Below, piece after piece: positions 10,221 through 19,264 of a stretch of DNA of 64,000 nucleotides (within the stretch, counting starts at the first letter, position 1; each line of letters opens with the position of its first letter). The notes beneath the pieces were generated by a model, which was given only the letters and a program-made list of their open reading frames with translations, was not told the origin of the DNA and searched no databases. The translations under genes were made by a program, and so were the position numbers. Origin of the DNA: an uncultured Alphaproteobacteria bacterium (lineage in GTDB: Bacteria > Pseudomonadota > Alphaproteobacteria > HIMB59 > GCA-002718135); NCBI GenBank assembly GCA_902623585.1, contig CACNUO010000005.1:984-64983 (forward strand), written 5' to 3'.

Positions 10221-10784
10221 TTATAAATTTCTATAAGGTGTTCTATTAAATATTCTTTGAACCATTGGAACAAATTCTTTTAGAGGAATTGTATCATAAT
10301 TTGGATCAAATGATGCTTGATCCCATCTTTCACAAAAATCTATAGTGTCTTTAAAGAATTCATGACCTTTGAATTTATCTCTTAGATTTCTATCTTTTCC
10401 ATAATAATGATTATAGTAGTAGGCTTGAAACAAACCGTGTTGTTCTACAATCCATCTTGTTTTTTCAGAAACAAAAGGTTTTAATACTGCAGCGGCAAGT
10501 TCAGAATGATTAAGAGGTGCAATTTCATCACCTATATCATGCAATAAGGAAGCCACCACCATTTCTTCAGAAGCTTGTTCACGTAACGCTCTTGATGCAG
10601 TTTGAAGAGAGTGTTCTAATCTAGATACCTTATAGCCACCTAAAGAATTGTCTAAACTTTCTAGCACTCTAACTATTCTATCAGCTGTACCTTCAATAAA
10701 TTTATCTTCAAAATTAGCAAGAAGTTCATAATCTTCTTTATCACCATGTTTCATTTCAGTGAATTTTACTTCATCTTTAGACAT
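10221..10784 (-). CDS. HD-domain protein, PhnZ/TmpB/MIOX-like diiron family
   Basis: EHSLQ...LLHDIGD...NH...QH...WD ligand set; start moved to ATG 10784 (MSKDEV), since the longer ORF overlaps aguA and TATAAT lies 6 nt upstream of this ATG. Confidence 0.8.
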   Translation of the reverse strand: MSKDEVKFTEMKHGDKEDYELLANFEDKFIEGTADRIVRVLESLDNSLGGYKVSRLEHSLQTASRALREQASEEMVVASLLHDIGDEIAPLNHSELAAAVLKPFVSEKTRWIVEQHGLFQAYYYNHYYGKDRNLRDKFKGHEFFKDTIDFCERWDQASFDPNYDTIPLKEFVPMVQRIFNRTPYRNL

Positions 10785-10812
10785 GAAATAATTATACATA
10801 TTTTTAAATTTT

Positions 10813-11796
10813 ATGAAACTAATTCCTGAATGGCATGAACACCAATATTGTTTGATTGCTTGGCCATGTAATAAAGATCTATATGGTAAAATTATTAATA
10901 AGGCTAGAGATGAAGTTGCAAATGTAATTAATGAAATTGCAAAAACTGAGCATGTTATTGTTTTGTCAAATAAAGAAGACATTAATGAAATTCAAAATAA
11001 AACTGATCATAAAAATATAGATATTATAGAATGTAAATTAGATGATTCTTGGATGCGAGATATTGCACCAATTTTTTATAACGAAAATGAAAAATTAAAA
11101 TCAATTAGCTTTGAATTTAATGGATATGGAAAGTATCCAGATTATTTAAATGATAATAAAATATCAAAATTTATTTCAAACTATTTAAATATCCCAACAA
11201 AAATTTCTGACTTAGTTATTGAAGGAGGAGCAATAACTTATGATGATAAAAAAAATTTATTTAGCACTAAAAATGTAATATTTAATAAAAATAGAAAACA
11301 AAAACATAATAGTGAATATATTATTAAAGAATTAAAGTTCTTGTTTGACTTAAATTATATTTTTTTATTTGAAAATGGACTAATGGAGGATGATACAGAT
11401 GGTCATGTTGATAATTTATTATGCCCGATAGGAAAAAATCAATATTTAATTGCCACAACTCACAAATTAGATCCTAATTATGAAATATTAGAAAAAAACA
11501 AAGCTGATCTAATTAATTTTTTTATAGATACTAATCAGACATTTGATTTAATTGAAGTTCCTTTACCTACAAGAAAAAAGATTAATAATAAGAATATTAT
11601 TAGCTCATATATAAATTTCTATTTCAGTAAAAATAAAATTATCTTACCTAAATTCAATGTTAAGGAAGATAATGAGGTAAAATTAACTTTTGAAAAGTTA
11701 TTCCCCAATCGAGAAATTATGATGTTGGAAACAGAAAATATAAATTATGGTGGTGGAAATATTCATTGTATAACAATGAATGTACCAAAAATATGA
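10813..11796 (+). CDS. aguA: Agmatine deiminase
   Basis: DSWMRD, IEGGA, DDTDGHVD, SYINFY, GGGNIHCIT. Confidence 0.9.
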   Translation: MKLIPEWHEHQYCLIAWPCNKDLYGKIINKARDEVANVINEIAKTEHVIVLSNKEDINEIQNKTDHKNIDIIECKLDDSWMRDIAPIFYNENEKLKSISFEFNGYGKYPDYLNDNKISKFISNYLNIPTKISDLVIEGGAITYDDKKNLFSTKNVIFNKNRKQKHNSEYIIKELKFLFDLNYIFLFENGLMEDDTDGHVDNLLCPIGKNQYLIATTHKLDPNYEILEKNKADLINFFIDTNQTFDLIEVPLPTRKKINNKNIISSYINFYFSKNKIILPKFNVKEDNEVKLTFEKLFPNREIMMLETENINYGGGNIHCITMNVPKI

Positions 11797-12650
11797 AAGT
11801 AAAAGTAGCAACATCACAATTCAAGGCTATTAAAGGAGACTTTGATGCTAATGTAAATAAAGCAATTCATTTAGTTGAAAAAGCATCAAATGAAAATGTT
11901 GATATTTTACTTCTGCAAGAATTATTTCAAGATTATTATTTTTGTTCAACAAAAAATGATAAATTTTTTAATCTTGCAATTGATTTTCCTTCTAATCCAA
12001 TGTTTGAAAAATTATCTAATATTTGTAAAAATAAAAAAATTTCATTACCAATTAGTTTTTTTCAAAAAAAAGAAAATAAATTTTTTAACTCTTTAGTTAT
12101 GATTGATTCATTAGGTAAAATAAGTGAAGTCTATAATAAATCCCACATCCCTGAAGGGCCTGGATATAATGAGAAGTATTATTTTGAAAAAGGCAACACA
12201 GGCTTTATGGTTTTTGACACCCCTCTAGCAAAAGTTGGCTGTGCAATTTGTTGGGATCAGTGGTTTCCTGAATGTGCAAGAATACTAACGTTGAAAGGTG
12301 CAGATTTAATTTTATATCCATCAGCAATTGGTTCTGAGCCACACATGCCTGAATTAAATTCAAAAGATCATTGGATTAATACAATGGTAGGACATGCTGC
12401 TGCAAATCAAATCCCTATAATAACTTCAAATAGAATAGGGAAGGAGGTCGAAGCAGATATTGAATTAAATTTTTATGGTAATTCATTTATATTGGATCAT
12501 CTTGGAAATGTAATAAATCGTATGAATGATAAGGATGAAGGAATAATAACTGCGACTTTAGACTTGTTAATTTCAAGAGAATATAGAAAATTATGGGGTA
12601 ACTTTAGAGACAGAAGGCCCGATCTATATAAAAAAATTCTCGATTTTTAA
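11793..12650 (+). CDS. aguB: N-carbamoylputrescine amidase (nitrilase family)
   Basis: LLQELF, KSHIPEGPGYNEKYYF, ICWDQWFPE, YPSAIGSEP, FRDRRPDLY; ATG 11793 overlaps aguA stop. Confidence 0.92.
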   Translation: MKVKVATSQFKAIKGDFDANVNKAIHLVEKASNENVDILLLQELFQDYYFCSTKNDKFFNLAIDFPSNPMFEKLSNICKNKKISLPISFFQKKENKFFNSLVMIDSLGKISEVYNKSHIPEGPGYNEKYYFEKGNTGFMVFDTPLAKVGCAICWDQWFPECARILTLKGADLILYPSAIGSEPHMPELNSKDHWINTMVGHAAANQIPIITSNRIGKEVEADIELNFYGNSFILDHLGNVINRMNDKDEGIITATLDLLISREYRKLWGNFRDRRPDLYKKILDF

Positions 12651-12690
12651 TTTATTTTATTTAATGTAATTTTTATTTAGGAGGGGAATA

Positions 12691-13743
12691 ATGCTTAAGT
12701 ATTTTATATCTCTATTAGTTTTAATTTCTTTTTCAGCTCAGGCTAAAGAAGAATTATTTATTTACAATTGGTCTGACTATATTGCCGAAGATACAATTGA
12801 AAATTTTGAAAATGAATTTGGCATTGATGTAACTTATGATGTGTTTGATTCAAACGAAGTTCTTGAAGCTAAACTTTTAGCTGGTGGTTCAGGTTATGAT
12901 ATTGTGGTGCCTTCAGGCTCTTTTTTAGAAAATCAAATCAAGGCTGGAGTTTTTCAAAAACTTGATAAGGCTCAACTTTCAAACATTGGTAATTTAGATC
13001 CCGATGTACTAGCAAAAATTGATGCACATGATCCAGGAGGTCAATACTCGATAAATTATATGTATGGTACTACAGGTATTGGCTATAATACTGATAAAGT
13101 TGATGAAAATGATATTACAAGTTGGAGCATTTTGTTTGATCCAGCTATTGCATCAAAATATGCAGATTGTGGAATCGCAATGTTGGATGCTCCTACAGAG
13201 GTTATGGAAATCGCTTTAAAATACGTTGGAAAAGATCCTTATACAGAGGATGAGAAAGATTATGAGGTTGCTCTTGAAATGTTACAGCAAATACGACCTT
13301 ACATAAGATATTTTGATTCTTCTCAATATATCGATGATTTAGCAAATGGAGAGATCTGTTTAACTATGGGTTGGTCAGGTGATGTTTTTCTAGCTGCAGA
13401 TGAAGCTGCAGATGGAGTAGAAGCTTGGTACTCAATTCCATCTGAAGGAACTGTAATATGGTTTGATATGATGGCTATTCCAACTGATGCAAAAAATGTT
13501 GAGAATGCACACAAATTTATAAATTATATTTTAAGACCTCAAGTTGCTGCTGATATTACAAATTACGTTTGGTATTCAAATCCAAATAAAGCAGCCAATG
13601 AACTAGTTGATCCTGAAATTTTTGAAGATCCTGCTATTTATCCAGATGAAGCAACTTTAAGTATGCTTTTTGCTGATACTGCAGACTCTCCGAAAAAATC
13701 TAAATTATCAACTAAATATTTTAATAAGTTTAAAGCAAATTAA
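12691..13743 (+). CDS. potF: Polyamine ABC transporter substrate-binding protein (PotF/PotD-like)
   Basis: Signal peptide, YNWSDYI, YDVFDSNEVLEAKL, GWSGD; strong AGGAGG SD. Confidence 0.85.
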   Translation: MLKYFISLLVLISFSAQAKEELFIYNWSDYIAEDTIENFENEFGIDVTYDVFDSNEVLEAKLLAGGSGYDIVVPSGSFLENQIKAGVFQKLDKAQLSNIGNLDPDVLAKIDAHDPGGQYSINYMYGTTGIGYNTDKVDENDITSWSILFDPAIASKYADCGIAMLDAPTEVMEIALKYVGKDPYTEDEKDYEVALEMLQQIRPYIRYFDSSQYIDDLANGEICLTMGWSGDVFLAADEAADGVEAWYSIPSEGTVIWFDMMAIPTDAKNVENAHKFINYILRPQVAADITNYVWYSNPNKAANELVDPEIFEDPAIYPDEATLSMLFADTADSPKKSKLSTKYFNKFKAN

Positions 13744-13758
13744 AAAATATACTTCATT

Positions 13759-13788
13759 TCAGCACTAATATATTAATATTAGTGCTGA
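13759..13788 (+). other. Intra-operon stem-loop after SBP gene
   Basis: Perfect 13-bp inverted repeat TCAGCACTAATAT-atta-ATATTAGTGCTGA. Confidence 0.75.
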
Positions 13789-13794
13789 TTTAAG

Positions 13795-14862
13795 ATGGAT
13801 AATAATTTTCTTGTAATTGAAAATATTTCTAAATCATTTGGAGATAACAAAGTTTTAGAAAATATTAATTTAAATATTTCAAAATCTGAATTTTTTGGTC
13901 TCTTAGGATCATCGGGTTCAGGCAAAACTACCTTACTAAGAATACTAGGTGGATTTGAGAAGCCAGATACAGGACGTGTAATACTCGACGGAACGGACAT
14001 AACAAACCTTGAACCTTTTGAAAGACCATTAAATTATATGTTTCAATCGTATGCTCTATTTCCTCACTTAAACGTATTTAATAATTTAGCTTTTGGAATA
14101 AAAGAAAATTTTACCCAAAAAGAAATTGAAATAAACGTAAGAAATATTGCCGAACTTTTATCTATTGAACATTTATTAAATAGAAGAATTAAGCAATTAT
14201 CAGGAGGAGAGCAGCAACGAGTTGCCCTTGGAAGGTGCTTAATAAAAAAACCTAAGTTATTATTATTAGATGAGCCTCTTGCAGCACTAGATAAAAAACT
14301 AAGATCAAAAACGCAATTAGAGTTAACAACACTCCAAAAGAAACTAAAAATTACATTTGTTTTTGTTACCCATGATCAGGAAGAAGCAATGTCCTTATCT
14401 GATAGAATGGCAATAATGAAGAATGGTCTTATTTTGGAATGCTCTAGCCCTGAAGAGATTTATGAAAATCCTAAAAGTCTTTATACTGCCAATTTTATAG
14501 GAATTGCAAATATAATTGAGATTTATAAGAAAGATGAAAATTTTTATTCTGATGATTTAGGTATAAATTTTAAATTAAACAAAGAATTAAAAAATACACA
14601 AACTAATATTTTACTAAGACCAGAGAAAATAAAAATACAATCAATGAATAATTTGAAAACAAGTTCATTTAATTCCTTTAGTGGAGAAATTTTAGAAAAA
14701 TCATATTTGGGAAGTTTTACACGTTATGAAATTAAAATTAAAAATATGATAATTTCAGTTTTAGATCAGAATTTTAACTCCAACTCAAATTATAATTTCC
14801 CAAAAGGGGAGAAAGTCATTTGTAGTTGGGAAAGTGAATCAATCAAGGTTTTAGAGGATTAA
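13795..14862 (+). CDS. potG: Polyamine ABC transporter ATPase (PotG/PotA-like)
   Basis: GSSGSGKTT, FQSYALFPHL, LSGGEQQR, VTHDQEEA, TOBE-like tail. Confidence 0.85.
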   Translation: MDNNFLVIENISKSFGDNKVLENINLNISKSEFFGLLGSSGSGKTTLLRILGGFEKPDTGRVILDGTDITNLEPFERPLNYMFQSYALFPHLNVFNNLAFGIKENFTQKEIEINVRNIAELLSIEHLLNRRIKQLSGGEQQRVALGRCLIKKPKLLLLDEPLAALDKKLRSKTQLELTTLQKKLKITFVFVTHDQEEAMSLSDRMAIMKNGLILECSSPEEIYENPKSLYTANFIGIANIIEIYKKDENFYSDDLGINFKLNKELKNTQTNILLRPEKIKIQSMNNLKTSSFNSFSGEILEKSYLGSFTRYEIKIKNMIISVLDQNFNSNSNYNFPKGEKVICSWESESIKVLED

Positions 14863-15750
14863 TTGAAAAATAAATTATTTGAAAAATATTTCGTTTTTAG
14901 CCCTTATTTTTGGCTTGTTCTATTTTTTTTTATACCATTAGCTATAATTTTTAAAATATCAATTTCGGTATCAGAATGGGGGATGCCTCCTTATCAAGAT
15001 ATTTTTCTTTTTGATAATGGATTTAAGATCAATACTACATTTGAAAACTATGTTTATATATTTAGTGATTATTACTACATTGGATCTTTTGTAAACTCTT
15101 TGATACTAGCTCTAATATCTACTTTTTTTTGTTTACTTATTGGGTTCCCATTAGCTTTTTATATTGCGACTTCAAATATCAGATTAAGAAATATCCTATT
15201 AGTTTTAGTAGTTATTCCATTTTGGTCATCATTTTTATTAAGAGTATATGCATGGAAAATAATTTTACAGAATAATGGAATTTTAAATGTAATACTTTTA
15301 AACCTAGGCATAACATCAGAACCACTTCAATTATTATACAATCAATATGCTGTCATCATGGGAATTGTATACACTTATTTACCTTTGATGATTTTACCAC
15401 TTTATGGATACTTAAATAAATTTGACTTAAATTTAATTGAAGCATCAAAAGATTTAGGATTAAATCGTATTAAAACCTTTTTTAAAGTTATTCTTCCTTT
15501 GTCTATTCCAGGAATTGTTGCTGGATCTTTATTAGTTTTTATACCTGTTGTTGGAGAATTTATTATACCTGAAATGTTAGGTGGTAGTGATAGATTGTAT
15601 TATGGAAAAATATTATGGGAGGAATTCTTTGTTAATAGAAACTGGCCAGGTGCCAGTGCTTTAGCTTTTAGTGGAATTATTATTTTGGTTTTGCCAATTG
15701 TTATTTTTCAAATACTTTATTCTCGTTGGAGTCAAAAAAATGAAATCTAG
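14863..15750 (+). CDS. potH: Polyamine ABC transporter permease (PotH/PotB-like), TTG start
   Basis: PFWSSFLLRVYAW, EASKDLG, GEFIIPEMLGG. Confidence 0.85.
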   Translation: MKNKLFEKYFVFSPYFWLVLFFFIPLAIIFKISISVSEWGMPPYQDIFLFDNGFKINTTFENYVYIFSDYYYIGSFVNSLILALISTFFCLLIGFPLAFYIATSNIRLRNILLVLVVIPFWSSFLLRVYAWKIILQNNGILNVILLNLGITSEPLQLLYNQYAVIMGIVYTYLPLMILPLYGYLNKFDLNLIEASKDLGLNRIKTFFKVILPLSIPGIVAGSLLVFIPVVGEFIIPEMLGGSDRLYYGKILWEEFFVNRNWPGASALAFSGIIILVLPIVIFQILYSRWSQKNEI

Positions 15751-16534
15751 TTTAATCAAAAGTACAGTTATTTTTTTAGGTTTATTTTTTTTATATTTCC
15801 CAATTTTAGTTTTAATTTTTTACTCATTTAATGAAAATAAGAGAGTAATGGTTTGGAAAGGATTTTCTTTAAGATGGTACAATGAGTTATTTAATAATGA
15901 ACAAATAATTGAGGCATTTATTATTAGTATTAAAATTGCAGCTTTGTCTGCAACTTTTGCTACAATTTTAGGAGTTATGATTGGATATTCACTTGTAAGA
16001 ATAAGAACAATTCCTTTTAAATCATTTTATATTTTTCTTTCATCAACACCTTTGGTTTTGCCAGAATTAATTTTAGGTCTTTCAATGTTACTTTTTTTTA
16101 TAAGCTTAAATAATGTAATTGGATTTCCATCATCTAGAGGGCAATTAACTATTTTTATATCACACGTTACTTTTTGTATTGCATTTGTCGCAATTATTAT
16201 TCAAGCAAGATTAACTGACTTTAACAAAAATATTGAGGAAGCTGCGATGGATCTAGGCTATAATTATACCAAGGTACTCTATAAGATAACTTTACCAATA
16301 ATTTTACCTTCTATTATTGCTGGCTGGTTATTAGCTTTTACAATTTCTTTAGATGATCTAGTTGTTGCGAGTTTTACTACTGGGCCTGGAGCTAACACAT
16401 TGCCAATTGTAGTTTTTTCTAAAGTTAGATTAGGATTGAGTCCTGAAGTAAACGCATTATCCGCAATTTTAATGTTTGCTTTAATAATAATTGGTTTATT
16501 TTATTTTTATTTTAATAAAAAATTTAAACATTAA
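15740..16534 (+). CDS. potI: Polyamine ABC transporter permease (PotI/PotC-like)
   Basis: FSLRWY, EEAAMDLG, FTISLDD, KVRLGLSPEVNA; likely start ATG 15740. Confidence 0.85.
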   Translation: MKSSLIKSTVIFLGLFFLYFPILVLIFYSFNENKRVMVWKGFSLRWYNELFNNEQIIEAFIISIKIAALSATFATILGVMIGYSLVRIRTIPFKSFYIFLSSTPLVLPELILGLSMLLFFISLNNVIGFPSSRGQLTIFISHVTFCIAFVAIIIQARLTDFNKNIEEAAMDLGYNYTKVLYKITLPIILPSIIAGWLLAFTISLDDLVVASFTTGPGANTLPIVVFSKVRLGLSPEVNALSAILMFALIIIGLFYFYFNKKFKH

Positions 16535-17891
16535 GTAATAAATATTCTCGCTCCCAAGAACTTATTACTGATAAATAAGCTTGATACTCAACTCTTCTTA
16601 TCGCAGCAATCGACCTTACAAATTTTTCATTAAATATGGATTTTATATCTTCATCATTTTCAAAGAGAGTTAATGATTCATCCATATTTTTAGGCAGATT
16701 AGAATTTTTATCTTTAAATGCACTATCTTTGGTTTCTGGATTTGGTTTTAAATTATTTTTCATTCCTAAATATCCTGAAGCTAAATTAGCTGCAAAAACT
16801 AGATATGGATTTGTATCAGATCCAGGAATTCGATTTTCAATACGTATATTCCTTTCCTCAATTGATGGAATTCTAAAACCACAACTTCTATTACCTATTC
16901 CCCATTTAACATTTTTAGGAGCACCCCAAGTTGCAAACAACCGTCTAAATGAATTTATATTTGGAGCGTATATAGGCATTAATAATGGAGTATATTTTTC
17001 CAAACCACCTAAATAGTTTTTCATTTTTTTTGAAATTTTAGATGATTGATTAAAAAAAATATTTTTATTTTTTTCGTTATATATCGATTGATGTATGTGC
17101 ATTGCACTACCAGGTTGGTTCTCCATAGGTTTTGCCATAAATGTAGCATGAAGTTTATGTTTCAATGCCGACTGTCTTAGAGTTCGTTTAAATAAAAATA
17201 CCTGGTCTGCTAGATCTAAAGGATCACCATGCTGAAAATTAATTTCCATTTGAGCTGAGCCAGATTCATGATTAATAGTATCAATTTCAATATTTTGAGC
17301 TTCACAATAATTATATACATCCTCAAAAAGATGATCAAATTCGTTAACAGCATCTATACCCAAGGCTTGCTTACCTGTTTCTTGTCTACCTGATTGACCA
17401 ACTGGCACTTCAAGAGGATAATCCGAGTCAGCATTAGGTTTCACTAAATAAAATTCTAACTCTGGTGAGACAATTGGAGTTAATTTATCTTTTTTATAAA
17501 GTTTAAGAATATTTTTTAGAGCATTCCTGCTAGAATTTATAACATCATCTCCGTTAAGATTTATTGCATCGCAGATAATTTGTGCAGTAGGGTCGTCGTA
17601 CCATGGCACTACTCTCATTGTATCAAAATCTGGTTTTAAAATTACATCAATGTCAGTTGGATTGTAAACACTTCGTGGCAAGGCACCAGCAGAGTCCTCA
17701 GTTGCATAATCTCCTGATATGGTTTGAATAAAAGTTGACTGTGGCAATCTGTGACTTTCATCTTCCAGTCCTTTTAAAAATTTATTTGTTGGTAAAATTT
17801 TTCCCCTTGCTATACCTCCAAGATCTGGAACTAAACATTCAACTTCTGTAATAGAGTTTTCATGAAACCAATTTTGAAATTTTTCAATCAT
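16524..17891 (-). CDS. Glutamine synthetase-like protein, probable gamma-glutamylputrescine synthetase (PuuA/PauA type)
   Basis: IARGK, SPELEFY, HESGSAQMEIN, TFMAKP, GSAMHIHQS, ENRIPGSDTNPY; polyamine cluster context. Confidence 0.82.
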   Translation of the reverse strand: MIEKFQNWFHENSITEVECLVPDLGGIARGKILPTNKFLKGLEDESHRLPQSTFIQTISGDYATEDSAGALPRSVYNPTDIDVILKPDFDTMRVVPWYDDPTAQIICDAINLNGDDVINSSRNALKNILKLYKKDKLTPIVSPELEFYLVKPNADSDYPLEVPVGQSGRQETGKQALGIDAVNEFDHLFEDVYNYCEAQNIEIDTINHESGSAQMEINFQHGDPLDLADQVFLFKRTLRQSALKHKLHATFMAKPMENQPGSAMHIHQSIYNEKNKNIFFNQSSKISKKMKNYLGGLEKYTPLLMPIYAPNINSFRRLFATWGAPKNVKWGIGNRSCGFRIPSIEERNIRIENRIPGSDTNPYLVFAANLASGYLGMKNNLKPNPETKDSAFKDKNSNLPKNMDESLTLFENDEDIKSIFNEKFVRSIAAIRRVEYQAYLSVISSWEREYLLLNV

Positions 17892-17941
17892 ATTGAGGGT
17901 GTTTGTTTACTAATTATTATTAAACCATTAAAGATAAGTTA

Positions 17942-19264
17942 ATGTTTACTACAAAAAAAAGGACCTTTAATCAACATGATAATGAAAAAGAGAGTTTTTA
18001 TAAATTTTCAGCACCTAATTTTCCTAATCAAATTAAATTAAATGAGAATATTACAACTGATGTATGTATTATTGGAGGTGGTTTAACAGGTATTTCTTCA
18101 GCATTAAATTTATCTAATCAAGGTTTATCAATAACGATTTTGGAAGCAAATAAAGTTGGATCTGGTGCTTCTGGTAGGAATGGCGGTCAACTAGGAATTG
18201 GAATGAGAAAAGATCAATTCTACTTAGAAAAAAAATTTGGTATTGAAAAAGCAAAATTTTTTTGGAAAGTTGGATTAGATGCTGTTTCAAATGTGGTTAA
18301 TTTAATTGAAAAATACAAAATTGACTGTGCGCTTAGACAAGGTGTTCTTCATGTAGGCAACACAAAAAAAGATTATAAATATTTTCAAGATGAAATTGAG
18401 CATATGCAGAAGAATTATAATTATAATAATTATGAATTCTTTGACCACAATTCAATAAGAGATGAAGTTAATAGTGACAGATATTTTTCTGGAATGCTTT
18501 TAAAGGATTCTTATCATTTAAACCCATTAAAACTGACATATGGTTTAGCAGAACAGTGTTTAGTAAATGGTATAAATATATATGAAAATTCTCCAGCTGA
18601 TAAAATTGTTGATAATCAAAAAGAAGTTATAATTCACTCTGGAAAAAATATTATTAAAGCAAAGAAAGTAATTATTGGTTGCAATGGCTATCTTGATAAT
18701 CTTTTAGGATCAAAGAGAAATTATTTTATGCCTATAAATAATTATATTATTGCAACAGAACCTCTTGGAAAAGATCTGGCAAGTAAATTAATTAAAAGAA
18801 ATTGTGGCGTAATAGATTCTAGATTTATGATTGATTATTATAGATTTTCAGAAGACTACAGACTTCTTTTTGGAGGACCTGAAACAATTACATCTCATTT
18901 TGTAAAAGATGCAAAGAGTTTTGTCTCCAAACGAATGTATAAAGTTTTTCCTGAATTAAAAAAATTTAAAATTGAATTTTCTTGGGGAGGTACCTTAGCA
19001 ATATCGATTAATAGATTGCCTATTTTTGGAACTATAATGAGTCAAAAGTTATATTATGCTCATGCTTACTCTGGGCATGGTTTGGCTATGAGTATTATGG
19101 GAGGAAAAATGGTAGCTGAAAAAATTTTAAATAAATCAAATAATTTTGATAAGTTTGAGCAAATTAATCATTTTAAAATTCCAGGTGGCAATATGTTTAG
19201 AAGACCATTGTATTCTTCAGCAATTATTTATTATAGGTTAATGGATTATTTAAATAGATTGTAA
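17942..19264 (+). CDS. FAD-dependent oxidoreductase, probable gamma-glutamylputrescine oxidase (PuuB/OrdL type)
   Basis: DVCIIGGGLTG, GASGRNGG, DYYR, YSGHG. Confidence 0.82.
   Translation: MFTTKKRTFNQHDNEKESFYKFSAPNFPNQIKLNENITTDVCIIGGGLTGISSALNLSNQGLSITILEANKVGSGASGRNGGQLGIGMRKDQFYLEKKFGIEKAKFFWKVGLDAVSNVVNLIEKYKIDCALRQGVLHVGNTKKDYKYFQDEIEHMQKNYNYNNYEFFDHNSIRDEVNSDRYFSGMLLKDSYHLNPLKLTYGLAEQCLVNGINIYENSPADKIVDNQKEVIIHSGKNIIKAKKVIIGCNGYLDNLLGSKRNYFMPINNYIIATEPLGKDLASKLIKRNCGVIDSRFMIDYYRFSEDYRLLFGGPETITSHFVKDAKSFVSKRMYKVFPELKKFKIEFSWGGTLAISINRLPIFGTIMSQKLYYAHAYSGHGLAMSIMGGKMVAEKILNKSNNFDKFEQINHFKIPGGNMFRRPLYSSAIIYYRLMDYLNRL

Noticed and set aside
10785-10982. N-terminal extension of the HD ORF to 253 aa
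   Set aside because: Overlaps aguA on the opposite strand; the domain and a -10 element point to ATG 10784
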